From assembly GCA_009702925.1 (NCBI GenBank), contig WLHC01000001.1:43205-107204 (forward strand): a DNA stretch of 64,000 nt. Direction: 5' to 3'. Within the stretch, counting starts at the first letter, position 1. Every line of letters starts with the position of its first letter. This document shows, piece by piece, positions 1-9,297 of this stretch. The translations under genes were made by a program, and so were the position numbers. The notes under the pieces are model-generated. The model searched no databases, had not been told where the DNA came from, and saw only the letters and a program-made list of their open reading frames with translations. This stretch comes from Actinomycetota bacterium. GTDB lineage: Bacteria; Actinomycetota; Actinomycetes; Nanopelagicales; Nanopelagicaceae.

Positions 1-1
1 A

Positions 2-619
2 ACGATGGATAGCGGCAAATCAACTCTTGCACTACAAACTGCCCACAACCATCAATCGCGAGGACGTACCGGCTTTATTTTCACAAATAAAGACAGAGCA
101 GGAAGTGGCACCATTTCCTCTAGGTTGGGTTTATCTAGTCCGGCGATTGAGGTATTTCCTGGTCTAGATCTGCACAAGTACGTAGTAGATCACCTATCTG
201 TCGGAGAACGTATTGATTACATAATCTGTGATGAGGCTCAGTTTTATGAAAAAATTCAGATAGAACAACTAGCGCGTATTGTTGATGGTTTAGGTATAGA
301 TGTTTTTGCATTCGGAATTCTTACAGATTTTCGCACCTCTCTATTTCCAGGTTCGGCTCGATTAGTAGAACTTGCTGACAGAGTAAATACGTTGCAAGTT
401 GAAGCACTCTGTTGGTGCGGCTCAAGGGCAACTCATAATGCGCGAACCGTTGGTGGGACAATGGTTATTGAAGGAGAACAGGTAGTAGTTGGAGATGTCG
501 CACCTGGCGCACAAGTTGCCTACGAAGTTCTATGCAGACGTCACCACATGCGACAAGTCACGGCTAGTGGTTCCAGGGCCGCTCATACATCACCGCAACC
601 ACTTCCATTTAAGGAGTAA
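2..619 (+). CDS. tdk: Thymidine kinase (5' end truncated by window edge)
   Basis: (T)MDSGKST Walker A, ICDEAQF Walker B, and Zn-lasso CWC...YEVLCRRH. The frame is open to the window edge. Confidence 0.93.
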   Translation, partial: TMDSGKSTLALQTAHNHQSRGRTGFIFTNKDRAGSGTISSRLGLSSPAIEVFPGLDLHKYVVDHLSVGERIDYIICDEAQFYEKIQIEQLARIVDGLGIDVFAFGILTDFRTSLFPGSARLVELADRVNTLQVEALCWCGSRATHNARTVGGTMVIEGEQVVVGDVAPGAQVAYEVLCRRHHMRQVTASGSRAAHTSPQPLPFKE

Positions 620-624
620 TTGAA

Positions 625-1665
625 ATGAAGACTAGAGCCTATGCAGCAATGAGCGCAGGATCACCGCTGGTGCCTTTTTCTTTTGATCGTCGAGACGTCG
701 GTGATCATGATGTTGCTTTGAGAGTTTCATACTCGGGAATATGCCATAGTGATATTCACCAAGTTGCCGAGGAATGGGGACCTGCAATATTTCCGATGGT
801 TCCTGGTCATGAAATTGCAGGAATAGTGACTTCTGTAGGAAAAAAAGTCACAAAATTTAAAGTTGGCGAATCAATCGGTATTGGTGTTTTTATTGATTCC
901 TGTCGAACATGTAGCAGTTGTGAGGCCGGTCTTCAACAATACTGTCTTAAGGGAATGATCGGTACCTACAACGGTATGGAAGCAGATGGAAAGACCGTTG
1001 CAATGGGCGGCTATAGTGATGTTTTTGTCATCAACGAAGATTATGCGTTGAGAATACCTTCTAACTTAGATTTACGAGGCGTCGCACCTTTGCTTTGTGC
1101 AGGCATAACTTTGTACTCGCCAATAAAGCATTGGAAAACTGGCCCCGGAATGCAGGTCGCTGTGATGGGTCTTGGCGGGCTGGGACATATGGGGGTCAAA
1201 TTTGCAGTCGCCATGGGCGCAGAAGTAACCGTTTTATCTCATTCACCAAAAAAACAGGCCGATGCCCTAGCAATGGGTGCGCACTCATTCATCGATACGA
1301 GTAATCCCGATAACTTCAAGGCTATAGAGAAAAAGTTTGACCTTATTCTTAACACCATTAGTGCAGAAATAGTTATTGATGACTACTTGAAGCTCCTAAA
1401 GCTCGATGGAACATTAGTTGTCATAGGTCTACCCGGACGCCCCTACAAGGTAAATGTTTCCACCTTGCTCAATGGACGACGAAGGATTGCAGGTTCAATG
1501 ATCGGCGGTATTCCAGAGATGCAAGAGATGCTCAACTTCTGCGGAGAGCACAACATCCTCAGCGAAGTTGAAGTTATAAACGCTGATTACATTAATCAGG
1601 CTTACGTAAGGACTGTAGCAAGTGATGTTAAATATCGTTTTGTGATTGATGCTTCTACTATTTAG
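625..1665 (+). CDS. NAD(P)-dependent Zn alcohol dehydrogenase (cinnamyl ADH/AdhC-YahK family)
   Basis: GICHSD, PGHE, structural Zn CxxCxxC...C, APLLCAG and GLGGLG motifs. SD AAGGAG upstream. Confidence 0.93.
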   Translation: MKTRAYAAMSAGSPLVPFSFDRRDVGDHDVALRVSYSGICHSDIHQVAEEWGPAIFPMVPGHEIAGIVTSVGKKVTKFKVGESIGIGVFIDSCRTCSSCEAGLQQYCLKGMIGTYNGMEADGKTVAMGGYSDVFVINEDYALRIPSNLDLRGVAPLLCAGITLYSPIKHWKTGPGMQVAVMGLGGLGHMGVKFAVAMGAEVTVLSHSPKKQADALAMGAHSFIDTSNPDNFKAIEKKFDLILNTISAEIVIDDYLKLLKLDGTLVVIGLPGRPYKVNVSTLLNGRRRIAGSMIGGIPEMQEMLNFCGEHNILSEVEVINADYINQAYVRTVASDVKYRFVIDASTI

Positions 1666-2396
1666 TTAAAAGAATGCACAATCAATGCCAGCATTGGTGC
1701 AATGGCAAGAGCTGGAAGAAGATTTCCAACTGCAACCTGCTTAATGTTAAGAAGGCGTAGTGAGATGCACATCAGCATGATTCCACCAACAATCGTCATG
1801 GCATCGATCTGATAACCATCAAGGATCTGGCCAAGACCTAAACCGACAATGGTCCAGACACCTTGATAAATAGCCACTGGAATAGCAGAGACTGCCACTC
1901 CCCAACCAAGTGATGTTGCAAAGGCCATCGCGGCAAAAAAGTCCAACGTACTTTTCAGAACAAGTTGATCTATACCTGTTCCCATTCCATCGCTAATACT
2001 TCCTAAAATTGCTAGAGGACCTATGGCAAAAAGCAGGGATGCTGCAACGAAACCCTCTACAAAAGGCGAATCACTCCCGGCTTTAAACCTAATTCTTAGA
2101 CGCTCGCCCAGCCCATCCAAACGGGTTTCTAGTTTTAAAAGTGAGCCAATAAGTCCACCAATAAGTAAAGCTCCAAGAACAATCAAGAGTGTCCACCCTT
2201 GTGGAACTGCATCTACATATCGGGTAGACCAAAGCGGAATAACCGCAGAGGCAGCACCTAGAATAAGTACTAGGCCTAGAACATCCGTGAGTAAAGTTCG
2301 CGTTCGTTCCTTCATCCGAGCGCCCACAACAACGCCAATGCCAGCACCACCAACGATTGCAACAACATTGATTAGCGTGCCTATGCCAGGAAACAT
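1662..2396 (-). CDS. DUF554 (YqgA/YdfK-like) membrane protein
   Basis: N-terminal GTLINVVAI, GFVAASLLF..GPLAILGSI.DG, KSTLD and NLLPAL. Multiple TM helices. Confidence 0.85.
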   Translation of the reverse strand: MFPGIGTLINVVAIVGGAGIGVVVGARMKERTRTLLTDVLGLVLILGAASAVIPLWSTRYVDAVPQGWTLLIVLGALLIGGLIGSLLKLETRLDGLGERLRIRFKAGSDSPFVEGFVAASLLFAIGPLAILGSISDGMGTGIDQLVLKSTLDFFAAMAFATSLGWGVAVSAIPVAIYQGVWTIVGLGLGQILDGYQIDAMTIVGGIMLMCISLRLLNIKQVAVGNLLPALAIAPMLALIVHSFN

Positions 2397-2402
2397 CTAC
2401 GC

Positions 2403-2425
2403 AGTATAGCCACAGTCGTTAGACT
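2403..2425. promoter_or_regulatory. Back-to-back -10 elements (TATACT on -, TAGACT on +), each 6 nt from an ATG: divergent leaderless promoters
   Basis: TANNNT hexamers at 2403-2408(-) and 2420-2425(+), each exactly 6 nt before the start codons at 2396 and 2432. No SD. Confidence 0.65.
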
Positions 2426-2431
2426 CGCTAA

Positions 2432-3097
2432 ATGCTTTCATGGCTACAGAACTTTCTTCGTCCCCATAAGACAGTGCCGTTAACTCCATGGACAGCTAAT
2501 TCCCGTTGGTCTCTCAACACTATTCGTGCAATGATTTTGTTCTTCGGACTCTTTATTTTTGGATTAGGTGATTCACTACTCATACAGAGTCAGATAGGAA
2601 ATGCACCGTGGTCTGTGCTTGCTCAAGGGATATCCGAGCGATTAGATATCACTCTAGGTTGGTCAACTTTTCTAATCAGCTCACTTGTTCTTCTACTTTG
2701 GATCCCACTTAAAGAGCGTCCTGGACTTGGCACATTATCCAACATTGTTGTAATTGCTGTCGCGATACAAATTGGTGTCACGCTCTTTCCACAAGCTGAT
2801 AATTTTGTCCTCGCCGTCTTTTACTGCTTCATCGGAATCTCTTTGGTTGGATTCGGTTCGGCCTTTTACATCACTTGTGGTTTAGGTTCTGGACCCCGAG
2901 ATGGGTTAATGACAGCGATTCACACCCGATCAGGAATTCGGATCGGGAGAGTTCGTTTAGCCATTGAGGCTTTTGTTTTAGTCCTCGGGGCGATCCTCGG
3001 AGGCACCGTTGGGCTAGGAACACTGCTATTTGCAGTACTTATAGGGCAATCCATAGCTATATCTCTCGGTGTCGTTGCCCGAGTTACTTCTCAGTAA
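2432..3097 (+). CDS. YczE/YyaS/YitT-family membrane protein
   Basis: G.APWSVLAQG, ERPGLGT, LGSGPRDGLM and GGTVGLGT motifs. Hydrophobic. Confidence 0.85.
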   Translation: MLSWLQNFLRPHKTVPLTPWTANSRWSLNTIRAMILFFGLFIFGLGDSLLIQSQIGNAPWSVLAQGISERLDITLGWSTFLISSLVLLLWIPLKERPGLGTLSNIVVIAVAIQIGVTLFPQADNFVLAVFYCFIGISLVGFGSAFYITCGLGSGPRDGLMTAIHTRSGIRIGRVRLAIEAFVLVLGAILGGTVGLGTLLFAVLIGQSIAISLGVVARVTSQ

Positions 3098-3101
3098 TCA
3101 T

Positions 3102-3185
3102 TAGGCTTAAGGCTTCCCAAGGCTGTGCGCCTTTTCGCACACGGGGTCGCAAACACCCCCGATACCAAAACAGAAAGGTGAATTC
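3102..3185 (+). promoter_or_regulatory. Promoter (-10 TAGGCT) and structured 5' leader of the NCS2 permease
   Basis: TAGGCT 3102-3107. Hairpins TGTGCG-cctttt-CGCACA (3124-3141) and CGGGGT-cgcaaac-ACCCCCG (3142-3161). SD GAAAGGTG 3173-3180. Confidence 0.45.
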
Positions 3186-4634
3186 ATGCTGGATTCATTC
3201 TTTAAAATAAGTGAACGCGGATCGACAATCGGTCGAGAAGTTCGTGGCGGAGTTGTCACATTCTTCACGATGGCTTACATAGTTGTACTCAACCCAATCA
3301 TTCTTGGCGGAGCCACGGATGCGAACGGTGATTTTCTCGGCGGAGAAGGTGGAATGGCAAAGATTGCTGCCGCTACAGCTCTCGTCGCCGGCATCATGAC
3401 ATTGCTTATGGGTGTTGTTGCAAATTATCCACTTGCAATTGCTACTGGACTCGGACTCAACACATTTGTTGCGTATGGGGTTGCTTCCCAAATGACATGG
3501 GCTGATGCAATGGGTCTTGTGGTACTCGAAGGCCTCATCATTCTCGTGCTGGTACTTACTGGCTTTAGAACTGCAGTCTTCAAGGCAGTTCCCGCGCAAC
3601 TTAAAGTTGCGATTTCAGTCGGTATTGGGCTGTTTATTGCCTTGATTGGCTTGGTAGATGCAGGCTTTGTTCGCAAAACCGGTTCAGGTCCAGTACCTGT
3701 AACACTTGGTAATGGAACATCACTGATTGGATGGCCGATCATTGTCTTCATTGTTGGCTTCTTCCTAATGGTTGTTCTTATGGTTAAGAAAGTTAAAGGC
3801 GCTCTCCTAATTGGAATCACGGTGGCAACTATTCTTTCAATCATTATCGAGCGAGCATTTAAAGTTGGTACCAACTACATTCCAGGTGCGTTCACCGCAG
3901 ACGGTAAAGATTTCATAAATCCAAAGGGCTGGGGACTTAATGTTCCGGCCATTCCTACTGAAGTTGTTGCGACACCAAATTTTGATCTCTTGGGTCAATT
4001 CAACCTATTCGGGTCATTTTCAAAGATCGGCTTTATTGCAGCGGCGTTGTTAGTATTTACGCTTTTGCTAGCTGACTTCTTTGACACCATGGGAACTATG
4101 ACCGCCATTGGTCATGAAGCTGGTCTAATTGATAAAGATGGAAACGTGCCAAATGCAAACCGCATTTTGCTTGTTGACTCTGTTGCAGCTGCCGCAGGTG
4201 GCGCTGCAGGTGTTTCATCAAATACCTCTTACATCGAATCAGCCTCAGGTGTGGGCGAAGGTGCAAGAACTGGTTTGGCCTCTGTGGTCACCGGTGTTCT
4301 GTTCCTTCTTACAACTGTTCTCTCACCTATCGTCAACATAATCCCTTACGAGGCAGCAACTCCTGCTTTGATTATTGTTGGCTTCCTTATGATGTCTCAG
4401 ATTAAGAATATTGACTGGGATGACATGGGAATCGCTGTTCCAGCGTTCTTGACCATCATTTTGATGCCGTTTACCTACAACATCACAGTTGGTATTGGTG
4501 CAGGTTTCATTACACATGTGGTTATTCGACTCGTTCAGGGTCGTGGCAAAGAGATCCATGCACTTCTATGGCTCATTGCTGCTTTGTTCATGGTCTATTT
4601 CTTGTCTTCACCAATTAATACTTGGGTCGGATAA
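3186..4634 (+). CDS. NCS2/AzgA-family nucleobase (purine) permease
   Basis: REVRGGVVTFFTMAYI, ATGLGLN, DFFDTMGT and TSYIESASGV.EGARTG signatures. Confidence 0.92.
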   Translation: MLDSFFKISERGSTIGREVRGGVVTFFTMAYIVVLNPIILGGATDANGDFLGGEGGMAKIAAATALVAGIMTLLMGVVANYPLAIATGLGLNTFVAYGVASQMTWADAMGLVVLEGLIILVLVLTGFRTAVFKAVPAQLKVAISVGIGLFIALIGLVDAGFVRKTGSGPVPVTLGNGTSLIGWPIIVFIVGFFLMVVLMVKKVKGALLIGITVATILSIIIERAFKVGTNYIPGAFTADGKDFINPKGWGLNVPAIPTEVVATPNFDLLGQFNLFGSFSKIGFIAAALLVFTLLLADFFDTMGTMTAIGHEAGLIDKDGNVPNANRILLVDSVAAAAGGAAGVSSNTSYIESASGVGEGARTGLASVVTGVLFLLTTVLSPIVNIIPYEAATPALIIVGFLMMSQIKNIDWDDMGIAVPAFLTIILMPFTYNITVGIGAGFITHVVIRLVQGRGKEIHALLWLIAALFMVYFLSSPINTWVG

Positions 4635-4694
4635 CCAGTAAGTTATTGAATGAAAATCTAAACGAAATAGCACAATGTAAGTAGTTAGGTTAAA

Positions 4695-4729
4695 AAGTAA
4701 AGGCCTCTGGTTCACAGGGGCCTTTACTT
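4695..4729. terminator. Intrinsic terminator, probably bidirectional (permease / ung convergent)
   Basis: 15-bp stem AAGTAAAGGCCTCTG-gttca-CAGGGGCCTTTACTT with A/T-rich flanks, between convergent genes. Confidence 0.8.
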
Positions 4730-4769
4730 ATTCCCAGTCTTTACAAACTGCGAATTTCCATGAAGTCTG

Positions 4770-5414
4770 TCACCACATAACGGCAGAGATTCCATTATTT
4801 TCTAGAATCGTATTAGCCCTCGAAAAAGGTTGAGACCCAAAGAAACCACGATAAGCCGACAAAGGACTCGGATGGACTGAGGTGATTAGCCACTCATCGC
4901 GAAAGTACGTAGCTACCTCTTGCGCATATCGGCCCCAACATATTGCTACTACATCCCGTTGCCCCAGAACCTGTGCAACTCGATCAGTAACTCTCTCCCA
5001 ATCCATTTTTGAATGCGCGAGAGAACTTCCAACAGATGTCGTCAAGATTCGGTTTAGGAGTAAAACTCCTTGCTGGGCCCAATCGCTCAGATCGGTTTGG
5101 CTACGCAGTGGGTTACCAATATCGTCTTTAAGCTCCTTGAAAATGTTTTGAAGGGATGCTGGAATTTTCGTCCCATTCTTTTTTGCCGAAAACGCTAAAC
5201 CGTGTGCAACTCCCGGAGTTGGGTATGGATCCTGTCCGAATATGACCACCTTTATGGAGGATATAGGAGAGGTTAATGCTCTAAAAATACTGTCAAAATC
5301 CGGGGCAACATTTTTCTTGTCTAAGGAACTCTCTATCGAGTCAATGTGATGTTGAAGATCGACTAAGACCTTTTGCCAATCTGAATGCAACTGTTTATAG
5401 AGTAGCCCGGGCAA
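4770..5414 (-). CDS. ung: Uracil-DNA glycosylase family 1
   Basis: GQDPY, GLAFS, GVLLLN and HPSPLS motifs. Confidence 0.95.
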   Translation of the reverse strand: MPGLLYKQLHSDWQKVLVDLQHHIDSIESSLDKKNVAPDFDSIFRALTSPISSIKVVIFGQDPYPTPGVAHGLAFSAKKNGTKIPASLQNIFKELKDDIGNPLRSQTDLSDWAQQGVLLLNRILTTSVGSSLAHSKMDWERVTDRVAQVLGQRDVVAICWGRYAQEVATYFRDEWLITSVHPSPLSAYRGFFGSQPFSRANTILENNGISAVMW

Positions 5415-6186
5415 AGTAGCGTCCTGACTCGCAGGTAACAGTTATCGGCGTTTCAAAAATTGCTGAGACATGATCAGAAGTAACAACGTGCTCTATGGGT
5501 CCAGAGACAGCCACTGTTCCCGATTTTAAAATCAGTGCATGCGTTGTTCCAACGGGTATCTCTTCGATGTGGTGCGTCACAAGGACCGTTGCAGGAGCCA
5601 GTGGATCTGAGGAAAAGCTTGTCAGGCGCGAGAGTAAATCCTCTCGCCCACCAACATCTAATCCGGCAGCCGGTTCATCCAACAACAAAAGCTCCGGATC
5701 AGTCATGAGAGCACGAGCAATCTGGACTCGCTTTTTTTCCCCTTCACTAAGCGTTCCATATTCTCTACTTCCCAATTCTCGAACGCCGAAAGTTGTGAGT
5801 AGTGCAATTGCTCGAGATTCATCCCACAGGTCATAACCTTCATTCCATCTTCCATAAATTGCATATGCCGCCGTTAGAACTACATCTCTCACAATCTCTT
5901 CGCCCGGAATCTCTTCGGCGATACTCGAGCTGCAAATTCCAATACGAGTACGTAATTCGAATAAATCTATGCGTCCGAACTCGCGGTCGAGGACACTTAC
6001 TTGCCCCGTGGTTGGAAATATTTTTGTTGCAAGCATCTGAAGAAGTGTGGATTTTCCTGCACCATTTGGCCCTAGAATCACCCAGCGCTCACCCTGCGAA
6101 ATGGCAAGGTTTAAAGGTCCAAGGATTGTGCGATCGCCTCTGATAACAGTGACATCACGAAGTGCAAGCACATTCTGACTACTCAT
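5395..6186 (-). CDS. ABC transporter ATP-binding protein (ModF/YlmA-like, orphan)
   Basis: GPNGAGKST, LSEGE, LLLDEP and H-loop VTHH. Likely start is ATG 6186 (MSSQN). Confidence 0.88.
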   Translation of the reverse strand: MSSQNVLALRDVTVIRGDRTILGPLNLAISQGERWVILGPNGAGKSTLLQMLATKIFPTTGQVSVLDREFGRIDLFELRTRIGICSSSIAEEIPGEEIVRDVVLTAAYAIYGRWNEGYDLWDESRAIALLTTFGVRELGSREYGTLSEGEKKRVQIARALMTDPELLLLDEPAAGLDVGGREDLLSRLTSFSSDPLAPATVLVTHHIEEIPVGTTHALILKSGTVAVSGPIEHVVTSDHVSAIFETPITVTCESGRYFARATL

Positions 6187-6273
6187 AGATGCAAAACATA
6201 GTGCTTTTAGAGCCAAAGTGAGTGCAAAACCATGCCTGAAGCAAGGCTCTTTAGAGATAAACTTAGGTTTCTT

Positions 6274-6795
6274 ATGAACGATCTAGCAGAGAAGAGCCCG
6301 GTTTTTGCGGGATTAATTCTACTCACTGGGCAGGATTCTCCAGGAGCTGCTCGCGGTCTTTTTAGTTCACTCTCAGAGTTTGCAATCCAAGTTTATGATG
6401 TTGAGCAGATAGTGATCAATAACAGACTAATACTGACTCTACTCATCACTTTGAATCCCGCACATCAAAGTGCAATTGAGACCGACTTAAATCTGTTTGC
6501 TGAAAATTCTGGTTTCGATATTGCAACTATATTCTCTGAACAAAGCAAACTCCCCGCTCCAAAAGAGTGCATCGGAATTGAAGTAAGCGCAGAGAAGATG
6601 AATCCAATGCTTTTGATGACCGTAACCAAGGGAATAGAAGATTTGAAGGCCAATATAGAGAGTATTACTAGGTTGAACCAGGAAAAAGTTGGTCTCTTGT
6701 TTAAAATTTCGGGTGCAGATTTGCATACGGCGACTGAAGCTATGAATGAACTACAGTTTGAAAATGCTCCGGATATTAGGGTCTTTTCCCTATGA
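6274..6795 (+). CDS. Stand-alone tandem ACT-domain protein (N-terminal regulatory half of actinobacterial SerB)
   Basis: ILLTGQDSPG...VYDVEQIVINNRLILTLLI resembles ACT1 of SerB2-type proteins. A second degenerate ACT follows (ANIESITRL). Start chosen at ATG 6274. Confidence 0.75.
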   Translation: MNDLAEKSPVFAGLILLTGQDSPGAARGLFSSLSEFAIQVYDVEQIVINNRLILTLLITLNPAHQSAIETDLNLFAENSGFDIATIFSEQSKLPAPKECIGIEVSAEKMNPMLLMTVTKGIEDLKANIESITRLNQEKVGLLFKISGADLHTATEAMNELQFENAPDIRVFSL

Positions 6796-6811
6796 CCATA
6801 GGTGTGCGCCA

Positions 6812-7453
6812 ATGATGAGTAAACCTAAGTTGTTGGTCCAATTCGACGTTGATTCAACCTTTATACAGCAAGAGGCCATCGACCTATTGGCCGCAAAAGC
6901 AGGCGTACTAAGTGATGTCGCACAAATAACAGATTCAGCTATGCGTGGTGAGATTGATTTTGCTCAAAGTCTGGTTTCTCGTGTTCATTTACTCAAAGGC
7001 CTTCCCTACACAGCATTAGAGGAGGTTCAACAAGAGATACTCCTTACTGATGGTGCTCAAGAACTGGTCGAGCAACTGCACTCACTTGGTCATAGCGTCT
7101 CATTGGTTTCAGGAGGGTTTGTACAAATAATGGCACCCATAGTTGAGAGATTGTCCATAAAGTATTTCCGAGCAAATGTCTTAGAAATTGAAAGTGGATT
7201 TCTAACTGGAAATATTGAAGGTCAAATTATTGATAGAGCAGCCAAAGCCACTGCTTTGTTGGAATTTGCTACTTTATCTGGTGTGGAGCTAGCCAATACG
7301 GTAGCTATCGGTGATGGCGCAAATGATTTGGACATGATGGCAGTGGCGGGGTTGAGTATTGCATTCAACGCAAAGCCAATCGTGATTGCCGCCGCTGACC
7401 ATTCAATCAACGAACCATCTCTTAGAGGCGTTAATAAACTGCTTGGTCTTTAA
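6812..7453 (+). CDS. serB: Phosphoserine phosphatase, HAD catalytic domain only
   Basis: FDVDST motif I, VSGGF, K and GDGANDLDM. SD-like AGGTG upstream of ATG 6812. Confidence 0.9.
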   Translation: MMSKPKLLVQFDVDSTFIQQEAIDLLAAKAGVLSDVAQITDSAMRGEIDFAQSLVSRVHLLKGLPYTALEEVQQEILLTDGAQELVEQLHSLGHSVSLVSGGFVQIMAPIVERLSIKYFRANVLEIESGFLTGNIEGQIIDRAAKATALLEFATLSGVELANTVAIGDGANDLDMMAVAGLSIAFNAKPIVIAAADHSINEPSLRGVNKLLGL

Positions 7454-7456
7454 AGA

Positions 7457-8308
7457 CTATAAACGACAAGCATGAATGTCGGTTACTAAAATCCCTCGTG
7501 CACCTATTGCCCATAATTGATCCATAACATTATTAGTCTCTCCACGTAGAACCATTGCTCTTACAGCAACCCATTCAGGTTTTTGAAGTGGCGATATTGT
7601 CGGAGACTCTAAGCCTGGAGTAATTGCGCATGCCTTCTCTAGATTGGTCTTTTGAACATCATAATCAAGTAAGACATAACGTCTTGCGGTAACAACCCCT
7701 TGAACTCTTCTAATCAAAACATCGAGTTCAGGTTTAATTTGATCTCCTGAGCGGGCGATAACTACCGCCTCACTTTCTAGAATCGGTTCTCCAAAGATCT
7801 TTAAACCAGCTTGGCGCAGAGTGTTTCCCGTGCTCACAACATCAGCAACTAGATCTGCCACTCCTAAACGGACACTACTTTCAACGGCGCCATCTAGTCG
7901 AACTATTTCAGCGTTGATCTTCAAATCAGTTAAGTGTTGCTGAACCAATCCCGGATATGCCGTAGCTACGCGTTTACCCGAGATGTCGCTTATAGAAAGA
8001 TTCTTTTCCATGGGACCTGCGAAGCGAAATGTAGATTTTCCAAAATCTAGAGGGAGAATTTCAGTTGCTTTCGCACCTGAATCGATCAACAAATCTCGTC
8101 CCGTAATTCCTGCTTCTAGCTCTCCTGAGCCGACATAAACTGCGATATCGCGAGGACGTAGATAGTAAAACTCAACACCGTTGTCAGGATCGGAAATTAT
8201 AAGATCTCGGTTATCCGTGCGTTGGCGATATCCAGCCTCTTTGAGAGTCTCCATGGCAACATCAGCCAGTGATCCTTTGTTTGGTACAGCAACTCTTAGC
8301 ATTGTCAT
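7457..8308 (-). CDS. hisG: ATP phosphoribosyltransferase (long form)
   Basis: LRVAVPNKGSL, LRPRDI, DVVSTGNTL and a C-terminal regulatory domain (PGLESPT). Confidence 0.96.
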   Translation of the reverse strand: MTMLRVAVPNKGSLADVAMETLKEAGYRQRTDNRDLIISDPDNGVEFYYLRPRDIAVYVGSGELEAGITGRDLLIDSGAKATEILPLDFGKSTFRFAGPMEKNLSISDISGKRVATAYPGLVQQHLTDLKINAEIVRLDGAVESSVRLGVADLVADVVSTGNTLRQAGLKIFGEPILESEAVVIARSGDQIKPELDVLIRRVQGVVTARRYVLLDYDVQKTNLEKACAITPGLESPTISPLQKPEWVAVRAMVLRGETNNVMDQLWAIGARGILVTDIHACRL

Positions 8309-8311
8309 CTC

Positions 8312-8575
8312 CTAAAGAAACTTGTAAACATCATTAATGGAAAGACCACGAGCGAGCATCAATACCTGAATGTGGTAAAGCAACTGACTAATCTCTTCTG
8401 CTAATTCATCATCTGTCTCGTGCTCTGCTGCAAGCCAAACTTCACCAGCCTCTTCTAAAACTTTTTTTCCTATCGTATGGACACCCGAATTTACGGCAAA
8501 TACTGTGGCCGAATTGGAAGCATTTTCTGCTACTTTTTCAGAGAGCTCAATCCATAGCGCATCAAAACTTTTCAT
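8312..8575 (-). CDS. hisE: Phosphoribosyl-ATP pyrophosphatase
   Basis: [19 protein letters not shown]...EEISQLLYH. Start ATG 8575 lies 6 nt after TAAACT. Confidence 0.94.
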   Translation of the reverse strand: MKSFDALWIELSEKVAENASNSATVFAVNSGVHTIGKKVLEEAGEVWLAAEHETDDELAEEISQLLYHIQVLMLARGLSINDVYKFL

Positions 8576-8619
8576 GGTCAAAGTTTACTGGAGATATAAC
8601 CATGGGGCGTTGCTTTTAT

Positions 8620-9288
8620 TCACGATCCTAAGTAATCGTGAGCGTGTTTTCTCAACTTCTCAACCATCGCTGCCGGATCTGGATCATTGAACACAGCGCT
8701 TCCGACGACAAAAGTATCTGCGCCGGCTTCGAGTGCGAATTCGATAGTCGACATTGAAACTCCACCGTCAACCTGGAGCCAAATAGGACGATCCCCGATT
8801 ATCTGCCTGGTTCGCTTTACCTTGGACATCATATTTTCCATAAACTTCTGTCCCCCAAAACCTGGTTCTACAGTCATGATTAAAAACATATCTAATTGAT
8901 CAACGAACTCCTCGTAGGTATCAATATCGGTTCCAGGTTTAATCCCTAAGCTTGCTCTTGAACCGGCTGCACGAATGTTTTTCAACGTCTGAGCGATATT
9001 GCGGGTTGCCTCAGCGTGAATCGTTACCGAAGCACACCCGATCTCGGCGTATTGCACTGCAATTTCATCAACATCAGCGACCATTAAATGCGCATCGACT
9101 GGCAGTTGGGACTCTTTTACGATTTTTGATGCTGCCTCAAAATCAAATGTAAAATTCGGAACGAAAACATTGTCCATAACATCAAGGTGAAGAAGATCGG
9201 CTACATCACTGATCTTTTCAATTTCAGAGTTTAATCGTGAAAAATCAGCATTTAGGATGCTTGGAGTTATTCTCACTTCAGGGACCAT
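8620..9288 (-). CDS. rpe: Ribulose-phosphate 3-epimerase
   Basis: PSILNADF, HLDVMD..FVPN, DAHLMV, MTVEPGFGGQ and QVDGG. Confidence 0.96.
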   Translation of the reverse strand: MVPEVRITPSILNADFSRLNSEIEKISDVADLLHLDVMDNVFVPNFTFDFEAASKIVKESQLPVDAHLMVADVDEIAVQYAEIGCASVTIHAEATRNIAQTLKNIRAAGSRASLGIKPGTDIDTYEEFVDQLDMFLIMTVEPGFGGQKFMENMMSKVKRTRQIIGDRPIWLQVDGGVSMSTIEFALEAGADTFVVGSAVFNDPDPAAMVEKLRKHAHDYLGS

Positions 9289-9297
9289 ACGAGAACC

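Noticed and set aside
4635-4769. Possible sRNA or small ORF between the permease and ung
   Set aside because: Only very short ORFs without an SD are present. The region is explained by the bidirectional terminator.
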